64,000 nt of DNA, taken from assembly GCA_028286905.1 (NCBI GenBank), contig JAQBQP010000003.1, forward strand, positions 23,317-87,316, written 5' to 3'. Position numbers and translations under genes: made by a program. Positions 46,951 through 56,345 of this stretch are shown here, in pieces. The notes beneath the pieces were generated by a model. The model was not told the origin of the DNA, did not search any database, and saw only the letters and a list, made by a program, of their open reading frames with translations. Position 1 is the first letter of the stretch; the number at the start of each line of letters is the position of its first letter. Source of the DNA: Candidatus Doudnabacteria bacterium (lineage in GTDB: Bacteria; Patescibacteriota; Doudnabacteria; UBA920; VMFF01).

Positions 46951-48671
46951 AGTCGTTAATAATATCAAGTAAAGGGAATAATATTCGGGAAATTATTTTT
47001 CGAAAAGGACTTAATTTAATTGTTGATGAAACTCCCGAAATTAGCGGCAAAACCACAGGAAATAATGTTGGAAAAACAACCGTTTTAAAGTTGATTGATT
47101 TTTGCTTGGGAGCTGATCCTAAAAATGTATACATTGATCCAGAATCTCGAAAGGATAATTACGATCTTGTTAAAAACTATTTAATAGACAAGCATATCCT
47201 TATTACGTTAGTGTTAAAAGAGAATTTAGATTTAGAAAATTCTTTCGAAATTGTTATTGAAAGAAATTTTTTGGCTCGTAAAAATAAAATATTAAAAGTT
47301 AATCAAGAAAATTTAACCGAAGATGAATTTGAGCAAAAGCTTTTGCAATTAATTATTCCAGGTCATAATGAAGAAAAACCCACATTCAGACAAATAATAT
47401 CACACAACATCCGCTATAAGGATGAGAGCGTGAGCAATACTCTTAAAACATTAGATAGATATACGACCGATATAGAGTATGAGTCATTATATTTATTTTT
47501 GTTTGGGTGCAAATTTACAAAAGGAGATTCTAAGCAATTAATTTCTGAAAAGTTAAAACAAGAAACTACTTACAAAAGCAGGTTAGAAAGACAGCAGACA
47601 AAAACCGCATATCAGGCCGCTCTTAATATTATAAATTCTGAAATTGAAGATTTAAATAATAAGAAAGCGGATTTAAATATAAATCCAAACTTCGAAAATG
47701 ACTTGGATAAGTTGAATGTGATCAAGTATGAAATTAATAAAACAAGCTCTGAAATAAGTAAATTTACTATCAGAAAAAACTTGATAATAGAAGCTGAACA
47801 GGAATTAGATGCTAAAAAGTCAGTTATTGATTTAGTTCAGCTGAGATCCATATACCAACAAGCCACCGAACAAATAAGGGGTATACAAAAAACATTTGAT
47901 GATTTAGTAAATTATCACAACCAAATGATATTTGAAAAAGTAAAGTTTATTAAAAAAGAACTTCCGACTATAGAAAAATCCATACGAGAAAAGCAGATTA
48001 ACCTAAAAGAACAGCTGCGAGAAGAAGAAGTACTTACTTCAAGCATCTCAAAAAGTGATTCATTCGAAGCGTTGGAGAGCTTGATCGCAGAACTAACTGA
48101 AAAATTTAGAAAAAAAGGGGAATATGAGAGTATCATCAAACAGTTAATTGAGGTTGAAAAAAACATTGGGGAATATACTGCTCAACTTGATGAAATAAAT
48201 GATGAATTATTTTCAGGTGATTTTGAACAAAAAGTTAAAGATCAATTAGATAAATTCAATATTATTTTTGCCAGTATATCAAATCAGTTATATGGTGAGC
48301 CATACGCAATAAAGCACGACATAATTACCAATACCAAAAACCAACGTTTGTATAAATTTAGTGCCTTTAATACAAATTTAAGCTCTGGCAAAAAGCAAGG
48401 TGAAATTTCCTGTTTTGACTTGGCATATACGTTGTTTGCAGATGAAGAACGTATCCCTTGTTTACATTTTTTACTTAACGATAAAAAAGAATTAATGCAC
48501 GATAATCAGTTGGTAAGAATTGCTAACTTTGTAAGCAATAAGAACATACAGTTTGTAGCCTCAATGCTAAGAGATAAATTACCAGAAGAGCTGAACCAAG
48601 AGAATTATTTTGTAGTTAAGCTTTCTCAGCAAGATAAATTATTTAGAATTGAAGAGAATAATCAAATCTAA
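46941..48671 (+). CDS. SMC/Rad50-like ABC ATPase with a long coiled-coil insert (576 aa); component B of the candidate defense operon (LmuB / ABC-3C ATPase-like).
   Basis: N-terminal Walker A GNNVGKTT; ~250-aa heptad-rich K/E/L region; C-terminal signature-like LSSGKKQ, a degenerate Walker B (FLLND) and a His (LMHD). Confidence 0.65.
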   Translation: MFLKSLIISSKGNNIREIIFRKGLNLIVDETPEISGKTTGNNVGKTTVLKLIDFCLGADPKNVYIDPESRKDNYDLVKNYLIDKHILITLVLKENLDLENSFEIVIERNFLARKNKILKVNQENLTEDEFEQKLLQLIIPGHNEEKPTFRQIISHNIRYKDESVSNTLKTLDRYTTDIEYESLYLFLFGCKFTKGDSKQLISEKLKQETTYKSRLERQQTKTAYQAALNIINSEIEDLNNKKADLNINPNFENDLDKLNVIKYEINKTSSEISKFTIRKNLIIEAEQELDAKKSVIDLVQLRSIYQQATEQIRGIQKTFDDLVNYHNQMIFEKVKFIKKELPTIEKSIREKQINLKEQLREEEVLTSSISKSDSFEALESLIAELTEKFRKKGEYESIIKQLIEVEKNIGEYTAQLDEINDELFSGDFEQKVKDQLDKFNIIFASISNQLYGEPYAIKHDIITNTKNQRLYKFSAFNTNLSSGKKQGEISCFDLAYTLFADEERIPCLHFLLNDKKELMHDNQLVRIANFVSNKNIQFVASMLRDKLPEELNQENYFVVKLSQQDKLFRIEENNQI

Positions 48672-49508
48672 ATAGTTTAATAGGATGTCGAAAATATCAA
48701 CTTTCATCTTTTTCGTAAGCTCAACTATTTGCTCATCATATAAAAATAGTTTGGTGGAGGCTGCGGCCGTCCCTCACGGGACTGCAGCTCTCCTACAAGA
48801 ACGCCCGGCAATTGCCATGGCAATCAAAATGCAGCGCTTTAGGCGCTGCATTTTGATTGGTGGAGATGGCGAGAGTTAAACTCGCGTCCAAAAAGAATTC
48901 CCCTAAAAATTGATCACAAGCTTAGCGTCCTTTGATACTTTGAAGCAGCAAGAACGCGAAATAACTTCAAAGTTGGTTTACTGAGTTTCTTCCGGTTACG
49001 GCAAACCAACGTCGCCGGTATATCCTATAAATAAAGTGCGGGATCCACCGCTATAGAAAAACGGAGGGCGCACGTCCCGACCTAAGTTAGGCTAGGACCA
49101 ATGAAGGAGTAGCGAATGCAGTTTGCAACGCTCTCTTCATTGTGGCAAAAGAATTGCCAAATATGAGTTTTTCTCAAGAATGTTACGAGGTTCTGAGAAT
49201 ACTCGGCTTGCGTATTTTCAAGGTTCAGCTCTCTGTCAAAATCCGGCATCCCCATGTTCCTGCTTTTGCAGGGATCAACATTATTACATATTTCGGGCTT
49301 AAAATCAAGGCGAACATCTTAAACTCCAGCTACTCTATCCTACCCTCTTTGCATGACTAAAAACTCTTAGGCAAACATCTAAACTTATCCGTGCCTTATA
49401 GATCTTTCGTACAAATTATTTACAAAGTTCCGCTAACCACAGGCTAGGAATTGAGCACAATGCCCAATGTCAAAGCCCAAGCATATGTATAAAATAGATA
49501 TTACCAGT

Positions 49509-50132
49509 ATGAAAAAAACATCTATCACCCAAACCATATCAGTCGTAGCTATATTTGCAGTCATCGCATCCGCAACTTTAATTAATCATGCGCGGGCAGC
49601 AATTATACCTTTTAAGCTTCCAGATTCCTTTCTACAAAATACAAATAAAGAAAACAATCAAAACAGCAACCAGAACAATAACAATCAGAATAACCAAAAT
49701 TCAAATAGTAAAAACAGCTCGAACGATTCTAATAATTCTAACCCTCAAAGTAACAAAAGCTATTCCAGCCCCAAGCCATTGGAGACAGATAATTCCAACA
49801 CTCCAACAACTCCAATCGTTGTAGAAAAAACTGCACCTGCCGCTTCCGTAACAGTTACTCCCACAGACAAGCAAAAAGCTACAAAAAATATTTCTGTTAC
49901 TCCTCCGGCGGCTACCCCTAAAGTAGCTGTGACAGCAGCTCCAGAATTTACCAGCTTACTAGTAGCACCGCCCGCTTCTTCTTATGGCTATTCCGCAAAC
50001 GGCTTAAACCCTTCTGCAAAGAATAAATTATATATGCTCGGTTTGGCGATGGGACTTTCTGGTTTAGCCTTGGCTTTGTACGAAAAAATTACCAGCACCG
50101 TAGCAGCTAACAATTTTAATACTAACTTTTAG
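49509..50132 (+). CDS. Asn/Gln/Ser-rich low-complexity surface protein with N-terminal signal and C-terminal hydrophobic anchor (track start 49467).
   Basis: MKKTSIT... signal; NQNSNQNNNNQNNQNS tract; C-terminal TM. Confidence 0.5.
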   Translation: MKKTSITQTISVVAIFAVIASATLINHARAAIIPFKLPDSFLQNTNKENNQNSNQNNNNQNNQNSNSKNSSNDSNNSNPQSNKSYSSPKPLETDNSNTPTTPIVVEKTAPAASVTVTPTDKQKATKNISVTPPAATPKVAVTAAPEFTSLLVAPPASSYGYSANGLNPSAKNKLYMLGLAMGLSGLALALYEKITSTVAANNFNTNF

Positions 50133-50135
50133 CAA

Positions 50136-51338
50136 ATGTATCGCAGAATAATTGGAATTAGCTTAATAATTCTGGGGGTGGTTTTAGTTTTGTCTGTAAA
50201 ATACCAAACTAGTTCAAAATTCCAGCAGCCGATTGTTTTCTCTGAAAGGAATATGCTTGAGGGAATTTGGAACACCGACAAAAAAATATTCATCGACCAA
50301 AGTGGCAGAACTGTAGATGCCAGCCGCGGAAATACTAGCACTTCTGAAGGGCAGGCTTATACCCTGCTCCGCGCAGTTTGGTTAGACGACAAAAGCACCT
50401 TTGACCAAAGCTGGACTTGGACCCAAAACAACTTACAGCACAAGCAAAACGATAAACTATTCTCTTGGTATTTTAGCAAGCTTGCAGATGGCAGCTATGG
50501 CGTCGACCCTAAAATTGGCGCGAACAATACTGCTACCGATGGCGACACCGATATAGCGGTAGCACTTATTTTTGCTTACGATCGCTGGGGCGACAAAGCT
50601 TATCTTGACCAAGCGAAACAAATCATTCCAGACATTTGGAAAAATGAAGTAATCGTAATCAAAGGCAAGTCTTATTTACTTGCAAACAATTTAGAAAAAA
50701 CTTCTGACAAGCAAAAATTAATTATAAATCCTTCTTATATTAAACCTTACGCTTATAGAATTTTTGCAAAGTACGACAGCAACGATTGGTTGGGCTTAAC
50801 AAATAATTCCTATCAAACCCTTACGGACGTTTCGGCAATGGATTTGAATGGCATTCGCAGCGATGGCTTGCCTCCAAACTGGGCCACTGTCGATAAAACT
50901 ACAGGGGCGCTTGCAGGGCCAGATCCGCAAAAACAACCAACCCTAAATACCAACTTTAGCTTTGATGCGATGCGAGTACCTTTTAATTTAGCTTTAGACT
51001 GGGCATGGTTTAAGGATGATCAAGCTAAGATTTTATTATCCAAATTTGGATTCTTAAACCAGCAATGGCAGCAGAACCAAGCAATTTATACCGACTACAC
51101 CCGCGACGGACAGATCGCACAGCGCCAAGAAGCTCCTGCTGTTTACGGCGGTACGCTGGGATATTTTATTTCAACTAACCCAGACCAAGCCGCAGCAATT
51201 TATAACACTAAGTTAAAGGTTTTATACTCCCCGGACAAAGATTACTGGAAAGAAGATTTAAATTATTACGATGATAACTGGGCATGGTTTGGCTTAGCCT
51301 TGTATAACAATTTTACAATTAATCTTGATTCGATATGA
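50136..51338 (+). CDS. Glycoside hydrolase family 8 endo-β-1,4-glucanase (BcsZ-like).
   Basis: TSEGQAY (catalytic Glu block) and ATDGDTDIA block characteristic of GH8; N-terminal TM. Confidence 0.7.
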   Translation: MYRRIIGISLIILGVVLVLSVKYQTSSKFQQPIVFSERNMLEGIWNTDKKIFIDQSGRTVDASRGNTSTSEGQAYTLLRAVWLDDKSTFDQSWTWTQNNLQHKQNDKLFSWYFSKLADGSYGVDPKIGANNTATDGDTDIAVALIFAYDRWGDKAYLDQAKQIIPDIWKNEVIVIKGKSYLLANNLEKTSDKQKLIINPSYIKPYAYRIFAKYDSNDWLGLTNNSYQTLTDVSAMDLNGIRSDGLPPNWATVDKTTGALAGPDPQKQPTLNTNFSFDAMRVPFNLALDWAWFKDDQAKILLSKFGFLNQQWQQNQAIYTDYTRDGQIAQRQEAPAVYGGTLGYFISTNPDQAAAIYNTKLKVLYSPDKDYWKEDLNYYDDNWAWFGLALYNNFTINLDSI

Positions 51339-52852
51339 TCAATAATAATTTTTTAATTTCAAAGGCCTCCAAGCCAATTATCGTTTCCACCGCGCTTTTG
51401 GCGTTAACATATTTTATTTCGATTGCATTCTTTTTCCCAAAAGGAAATCCTTTTGTGTTTGCATTGCTGGCGATCACTCAAGCGTTTTATCTTTGGATGA
51501 CTTTGAGTTTTTCTTTTTCAATTTGGAAAACTGAAACCCCTGTTCCGCTTTTTAATAAGCGTTTTGCAAGATCGGTTGATGTCTTTATTACTGTAGCCGG
51601 CGAACCATTAGATATTGTTCGCGAAACAGTTCAAGCTGCAAAAAAGATGAGCTACTTAAACTTCAAAGTTTACATTTTAAATGATGGCTATGTAGCTAAA
51701 AAGGATAATTGGAAAGAAATTATTGAAATGGCGAAGCAAGAAGGAGTAAGCTGCATTACCCGTACCAAGCCCGGCGGCGCAAAAGCTGGAAATATTAACC
51801 ACGCTCTAAGCTTAACTAAAGCGGCCTATGTTGTGATTTTCGATGCCGATCATGTTCCGCACAAAGACTTCTTAAAGAAAACGATGGGCTATTTTGAAGA
51901 TCCAAAAATGGGCTTCGTTCAAACACCGCAATATTATAAAAACTTTAATCGCAACGATATCACCAAAGGCGCTTGGGAACAGCAAGAGTTATTTTTTGGC
52001 GCGATTTGCAAAGGCAAGAATGCCTCGAACGCAGCCTTTATGTGCGGCACGAATATGGTCTTAAACCGCGCGGCATTAACCGCGGCTGGCGGAATGAACG
52101 AAGAAAATATTACTGAAGACTTTGCAACATCAATGAAGATTCATTCTTTAGGCTGGAAGTCTTATTATCATGGCGAGGTTTTGGCCGAGGGGTTAGCGCC
52201 AGAAGATTTTCTTTCTTATTACAAACAGCAGCTGCGCTGGTCTCGCGGCAGCCTAGAAGTTTTGGTGCAAAACAATCCACTGTTTGTTAAAGGATTGAGC
52301 CTGAGACAAAAGCTTCAATATATCGCTTCGGCTAGCTATTACTTATCTGGAATCATGGTGCTAATTAATGCTTTACTGCCATTAATATTTTTCTTTACTG
52401 GTTTAGCGCCATTACACGTTTCAACAATGACTCTGGCAACGGTTTTCATTATCTACATGTTTCTCTCTATATATACGCTTAGCCTCTCGACAAACTTCTC
52501 CTACACTTACACTGCGGTCTCCTTTTCGCTCAGCAGCTTTGCAATCTTTACTCGAGCATTGTTTTCAACGATTACTCGCGGCAAACAAAATTTTTCGATT
52601 ACAAGCAAAACGGCAATTGAAGGGAACTTTTTGAATCTTGTAATTCCAAACATTTTGTACATTGGCGTCACAATTATTGGAGTGGTTTTTGCAATCTCCC
52701 GTTGGGGCCTTACCGATGGAGTTGTCACGAACATCTGTTGGGCTTTATTCCACTGCATCACCTTCTCAGTATTTATATTTGCCGCAATGCCAAAAGGCTT
52801 TCAGCAATTTAATCGCATCAAAAAAATAAACTTAAGAACCATTAAATCCTAG
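51335..52852 (+). CDS. Processive family-2 glycosyltransferase, cellulose-synthase (BcsA)-like.
   Basis: DAD (FDADHVP), TED (TEDFATS) and QxxRW (QQLRWSRG) motifs; flanking TM helices. Confidence 0.8.
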   Translation: MINNNFLISKASKPIIVSTALLALTYFISIAFFFPKGNPFVFALLAITQAFYLWMTLSFSFSIWKTETPVPLFNKRFARSVDVFITVAGEPLDIVRETVQAAKKMSYLNFKVYILNDGYVAKKDNWKEIIEMAKQEGVSCITRTKPGGAKAGNINHALSLTKAAYVVIFDADHVPHKDFLKKTMGYFEDPKMGFVQTPQYYKNFNRNDITKGAWEQQELFFGAICKGKNASNAAFMCGTNMVLNRAALTAAGGMNEENITEDFATSMKIHSLGWKSYYHGEVLAEGLAPEDFLSYYKQQLRWSRGSLEVLVQNNPLFVKGLSLRQKLQYIASASYYLSGIMVLINALLPLIFFFTGLAPLHVSTMTLATVFIIYMFLSIYTLSLSTNFSYTYTAVSFSLSSFAIFTRALFSTITRGKQNFSITSKTAIEGNFLNLVIPNILYIGVTIIGVVFAISRWGLTDGVVTNICWALFHCITFSVFIFAAMPKGFQQFNRIKKINLRTIKS

Positions 52853-52854
52853 CC

Positions 52855-54354
52855 ATGGCCAATACTCCTGAAGCAAAATCCAAACAGACTACCCTGTTCG
52901 ATATAATTGTTCTAGCCGTGCTAATGGTAGGCGTAACGCTTCTTTCTGTTTTCTATTTATTGCACCAAAGCTTAAGGCTGGATGAAGCACAAAGTCTTTG
53001 GCAGACCGCGCACACGTTGCCAGTGCTTTTAAAAATTGTTGCAAAAGATGTACACGTGCCTTTATATCACATTATGCTGCATTTTTGGCAGGCGTTCTTC
53101 GGCAACTCAATTTCCGGTGCACGAGTTTTTTCTTTAATCTTTTTTGTTTTAACTATTCCAGCAATATTTGCACTTGGCAAAGAAGCCTTTGGCAGAAAGG
53201 TTGGACTATTTGCAGCAACCTTAACTGCAATCTCGCCTTTCTTAAATTGGTACGGCAGCGAAGCTAGGATGTACAGCCTATTAGTTTTAGTAACAATTTT
53301 AAACCAATGGTTTTTTATTAGAATTATTCGAGCCGGTCGAAAAAGAAATTATTGGGGTTATGCCATTACTGCACTGCTTGGAATATTTTCGCATTACTTC
53401 TTTTTCTTTGCGCTGCTTTCGCAAATTATTTTCTTTTTCATTAATAAAAAAAGCTTCCCGGAAAATGCTTTGAAATACTTTGTACGGATTGGCGCTGGCC
53501 TATTTGTACTTTTTATCCCTTGGTTGGTGTTAGTTTTCCGTTCGGGATTAGCATCACAAACGCAGCCTTTAATTACAAAACCAACTACTTATAATTTATT
53601 TAATACGATAAATTTATTTTTCTTCGGCTTTCAAGGGTCTGATTTAACCAAACTTTTGATTTCACTTTGGCCGATTATTTTTCTGTTCTTAGTTTTAGCT
53701 TTAAGAAAAGACCGCCGCAACGGCGAGCGCAGAAGAATTCCTCCGGTTACCGGTTATTTTTTACTAGCCGGAGTGATGCCAATGATCTTAGTTTTTTTGA
53801 TCAGCTTTGTAAAACCTTCTTACTTAGATCGTTATTTAATTTTTAGCATCCCTTCGGTGTTTATCTTCTTCGGCTGGATTGTCGCAACCTATCCGCCAAA
53901 AATCAAAAACTTTGTTAGCGCAGTATTGATTCTGCTAATGCTCTTTAGTTTAGGCAAAGAAGTAACCAGTGCCGCAACGCCAGTTAAAGAAGATTACCGC
54001 GCTGCAGTGGACTACCTTCAGCAAAAAGCTGGCATTCAAGATGTAATTATTGTATCGGCACCATTTACCGTTTACCCGATTGAATATTATTACCATGGGC
54101 CAACCAGCATCCAAACCATTCCAAATTGGAACAGATACGACACAACCGGCATCCCCGCTTTTTCAGAAGCGGAATTACCGGCAGATGTTGACAAGCTAAA
54201 AAGTCAGTATAGAATTGCTTGGGTTATTTTAAGCTATGACCAAGGCTACAACGAAAATATTCGAACCTACATGGACCAGCACTACCAACGCGTTGATCAA
54301 AAATCTTTTTCACAAAACGTAAATCTTTACGCTTATAAATTAAAGTACAATTAG
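52855..54354 (+). CDS. GT-C fold (ArnT/PMT-like) membrane glycosyltransferase.
   Basis: First-loop DE motif (RLDEAQS); ~11 TM helices; soluble C-terminal domain. Confidence 0.55.
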   Translation: MANTPEAKSKQTTLFDIIVLAVLMVGVTLLSVFYLLHQSLRLDEAQSLWQTAHTLPVLLKIVAKDVHVPLYHIMLHFWQAFFGNSISGARVFSLIFFVLTIPAIFALGKEAFGRKVGLFAATLTAISPFLNWYGSEARMYSLLVLVTILNQWFFIRIIRAGRKRNYWGYAITALLGIFSHYFFFFALLSQIIFFFINKKSFPENALKYFVRIGAGLFVLFIPWLVLVFRSGLASQTQPLITKPTTYNLFNTINLFFFGFQGSDLTKLLISLWPIIFLFLVLALRKDRRNGERRRIPPVTGYFLLAGVMPMILVFLISFVKPSYLDRYLIFSIPSVFIFFGWIVATYPPKIKNFVSAVLILLMLFSLGKEVTSAATPVKEDYRAAVDYLQQKAGIQDVIIVSAPFTVYPIEYYYHGPTSIQTIPNWNRYDTTGIPAFSEAELPADVDKLKSQYRIAWVILSYDQGYNENIRTYMDQHYQRVDQKSFSQNVNLYAYKLKYN

Positions 54355-54410
54355 ATCTTTCATTTAAGCTTGGTGACTGTTTTGGATTAAGGCATTATTC
54401 ACGAACTAAA

Positions 54411-55742
54411 TTAATTCGCTCTAACGGCTAAACCCAAGGCATACGCTGGCCAGAATACTCCGGCAGCAGGACCGCCATTGCATTGGCCGTCTGAACCGCC
54501 AGGTCCCTTTACCCACAACAGAGCGTCTACTAAATTATTCCCGGTTGAAGTTGTCGGAGCGCTGCCCAAGGCTCTTCCATTGGGATTACACCATTGAGAA
54601 TCTGACGTTGCACCTAGTCCATTGCGACCAGTATCAATCACAAAATGTTTATTGCCTACCAAAGCCGAAAGCTCAGTGCCATAAGTAATGTTTTGAGCAG
54701 TACTATAAAAATTTGAAATGTTTAAAGAAAAGCCATCTGCCTGCGCAATCCCCGCTTGATTTAGAAGCGCGGCCATTACAGCAGGCGTTTTCCAATTCGG
54801 ATTGCCGGCATCGATATATACAGCAGTTTTAGAGTTTGCTTTTAATGTTTGAACCGCATAATTTATCAGACCGATCCTGGCTTGCTGATCTGCAGATGAC
54901 AAACAATCCATTCCTGGAAGCGCATCCGGTTCAAGTAATACTACTGCGCTGCGATTACCAATGCCTCGAGCAAAATCTGAAATCCAAATTTTGTAAGCAG
55001 TGGAGCTATTAGAACCGCCGGCAGAATAACTACCGCAATCTCTTTGCGGAATATTATAAGCAACCATTACAGGCAACGCTCCTTGGTTTGTAATGTTTGT
55101 AACATTGTTGCTCACGTCTTTGTAAATATCTACATTCCAATTGCCAAACCATTGCGTTTCCGGTTGAGCAGCAATCTTATCCATAAGCGCGGCGTTAGCA
55201 GGGTCGGAATTACGGTTGGCGCTAACCCAATTCTTTGAATCTGAATATGGGTTCACAAATAATTTTGCATTGTTAAAAACACTAGTATTCACTGGCGCCG
55301 GTACAACTGGAGCAGGTGCAACATTTATTTTTGGTGCATTAACGATTATTGTTGATGGCGCTTGGCTAAGAAAACTGCCATCCAGATTTTGTGCTACGAA
55401 ATTCAATTGATAAACTCCATTCGAATTCCAGTACCAATTTGTTAAGTCGATATTTATTTCTTTATGCGGATAACCTTCGTAGTTGCTTGGCATGTAATTG
55501 AGTTTGCCACCGTCGACCTGCCAATACATATTGTACTGATCAACATTCCAACCATTTAACGTTGCTTTAAGTGGCTGAACTCCAGAAACGCTGACATTAT
55601 TTGTTGGCCACCAAATGTTTATACTTGGAGTTTGAGAGCTTGCTTCTACAGTACCGGTCATAAAAAACGATCCGAGCAACGAAGCAATAATTGCGAACAC
55701 TGAAATTTTTCGATAAAGATTTTGCGAGATATTTTTGGTCAT
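54411..55742 (-). CDS. Secreted glycoside hydrolase family 6 (cellulase) with an N-terminal beta-rich (CBM-like) domain.
   Basis: GH6 signature blocks YNIPQRDCG (catalytic Asp), VLLEPDALPG, LWVKGPGGSDG. Confidence 0.7.
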   Translation of the reverse strand: MTKNISQNLYRKISVFAIIASLLGSFFMTGTVEASSQTPSINIWWPTNNVSVSGVQPLKATLNGWNVDQYNMYWQVDGGKLNYMPSNYEGYPHKEINIDLTNWYWNSNGVYQLNFVAQNLDGSFLSQAPSTIIVNAPKINVAPAPVVPAPVNTSVFNNAKLFVNPYSDSKNWVSANRNSDPANAALMDKIAAQPETQWFGNWNVDIYKDVSNNVTNITNQGALPVMVAYNIPQRDCGSYSAGGSNSSTAYKIWISDFARGIGNRSAVVLLEPDALPGMDCLSSADQQARIGLINYAVQTLKANSKTAVYIDAGNPNWKTPAVMAALLNQAGIAQADGFSLNISNFYSTAQNITYGTELSALVGNKHFVIDTGRNGLGATSDSQWCNPNGRALGSAPTTSTGNNLVDALLWVKGPGGSDGQCNGGPAAGVFWPAYALGLAVRAN

Positions 55743-56290
55743 TTAGGCTTTCTAAATTGGTCTATGATCCCATAATATTGGTGGCTTTGATCAAAGTCAA
55801 ATTAAAACTGGGGAGATCTTTTTACAAAATTTTAATGTTCACAACGAACCTTTATCAATTTAAAAAAGCGTTGGATAAAGCACCAAAAAAACATCAAAAA
55901 AAGACTTTGGGCAGAGCGCATTTTTATGCTATCTGCCAAAGCCTATGTGTGATTGTATAAATTTAAGTAATCCACAACTTTTTTATTTTATTAAAAGGTG
56001 AGGGCTTTTATTTTACAAACATTCCGGCAATCCGGTGGATGATAATCGCAAGGTACATCTGCACGATCCCATAAAGGCCGTGGTCTCGCCAAGCTTCCAT
56101 TAAAGCTTGGTGGTGTAAAAAAGAAAAGATGATGAATAGGAAAACGATGAATATAATTATTGCTAGAACCATGATGACTTGTTTTAATTGGCTTTTACTT
56201 AGTAATTATAACACGGATTGAGTTTCTAGGACCGTCCTTCAGCGGCTCTGTGATAGTATTTAGACTAATTCGAAGAAATGCTTAGAGCAG

Positions 56291-56319
56291 TTGACCTTTT
56301 GCGCGATTAAGGCTATAAT
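56291..56319 (+). promoter_or_regulatory. Near-consensus sigma70 promoter (TTGACC - 17 nt - TATAAT) upstream of infC.
   Basis: Read directly: ttgacc at 56291-56296, tataat at 56314-56319. Confidence 0.6.
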
Positions 56320-56345
56320 CTATTTGATCTAAATGAAATATTGCA

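Noticed and set aside
48735-48800. Minus-strand CTCCACCA (RC of tggtggag) considered as the 3' end of a tmRNA/tRNA-like RNA near smpB-type functions.
   Set aside because: The adjacent hairpin is a tetraloop stem (GTCCC-GTGA-GGGAC), not a 7-nt T-loop, and no tag-peptide reading frame or acceptor stem could be assembled.
56004-56172. 57-aa hydrophobic minus-strand ORF in the infC upstream region.
   Set aside because: It is below the ORF cutoff, has no clear RBS, and overlaps the promoter region. It is possibly a real small membrane protein, but the evidence is insufficient.
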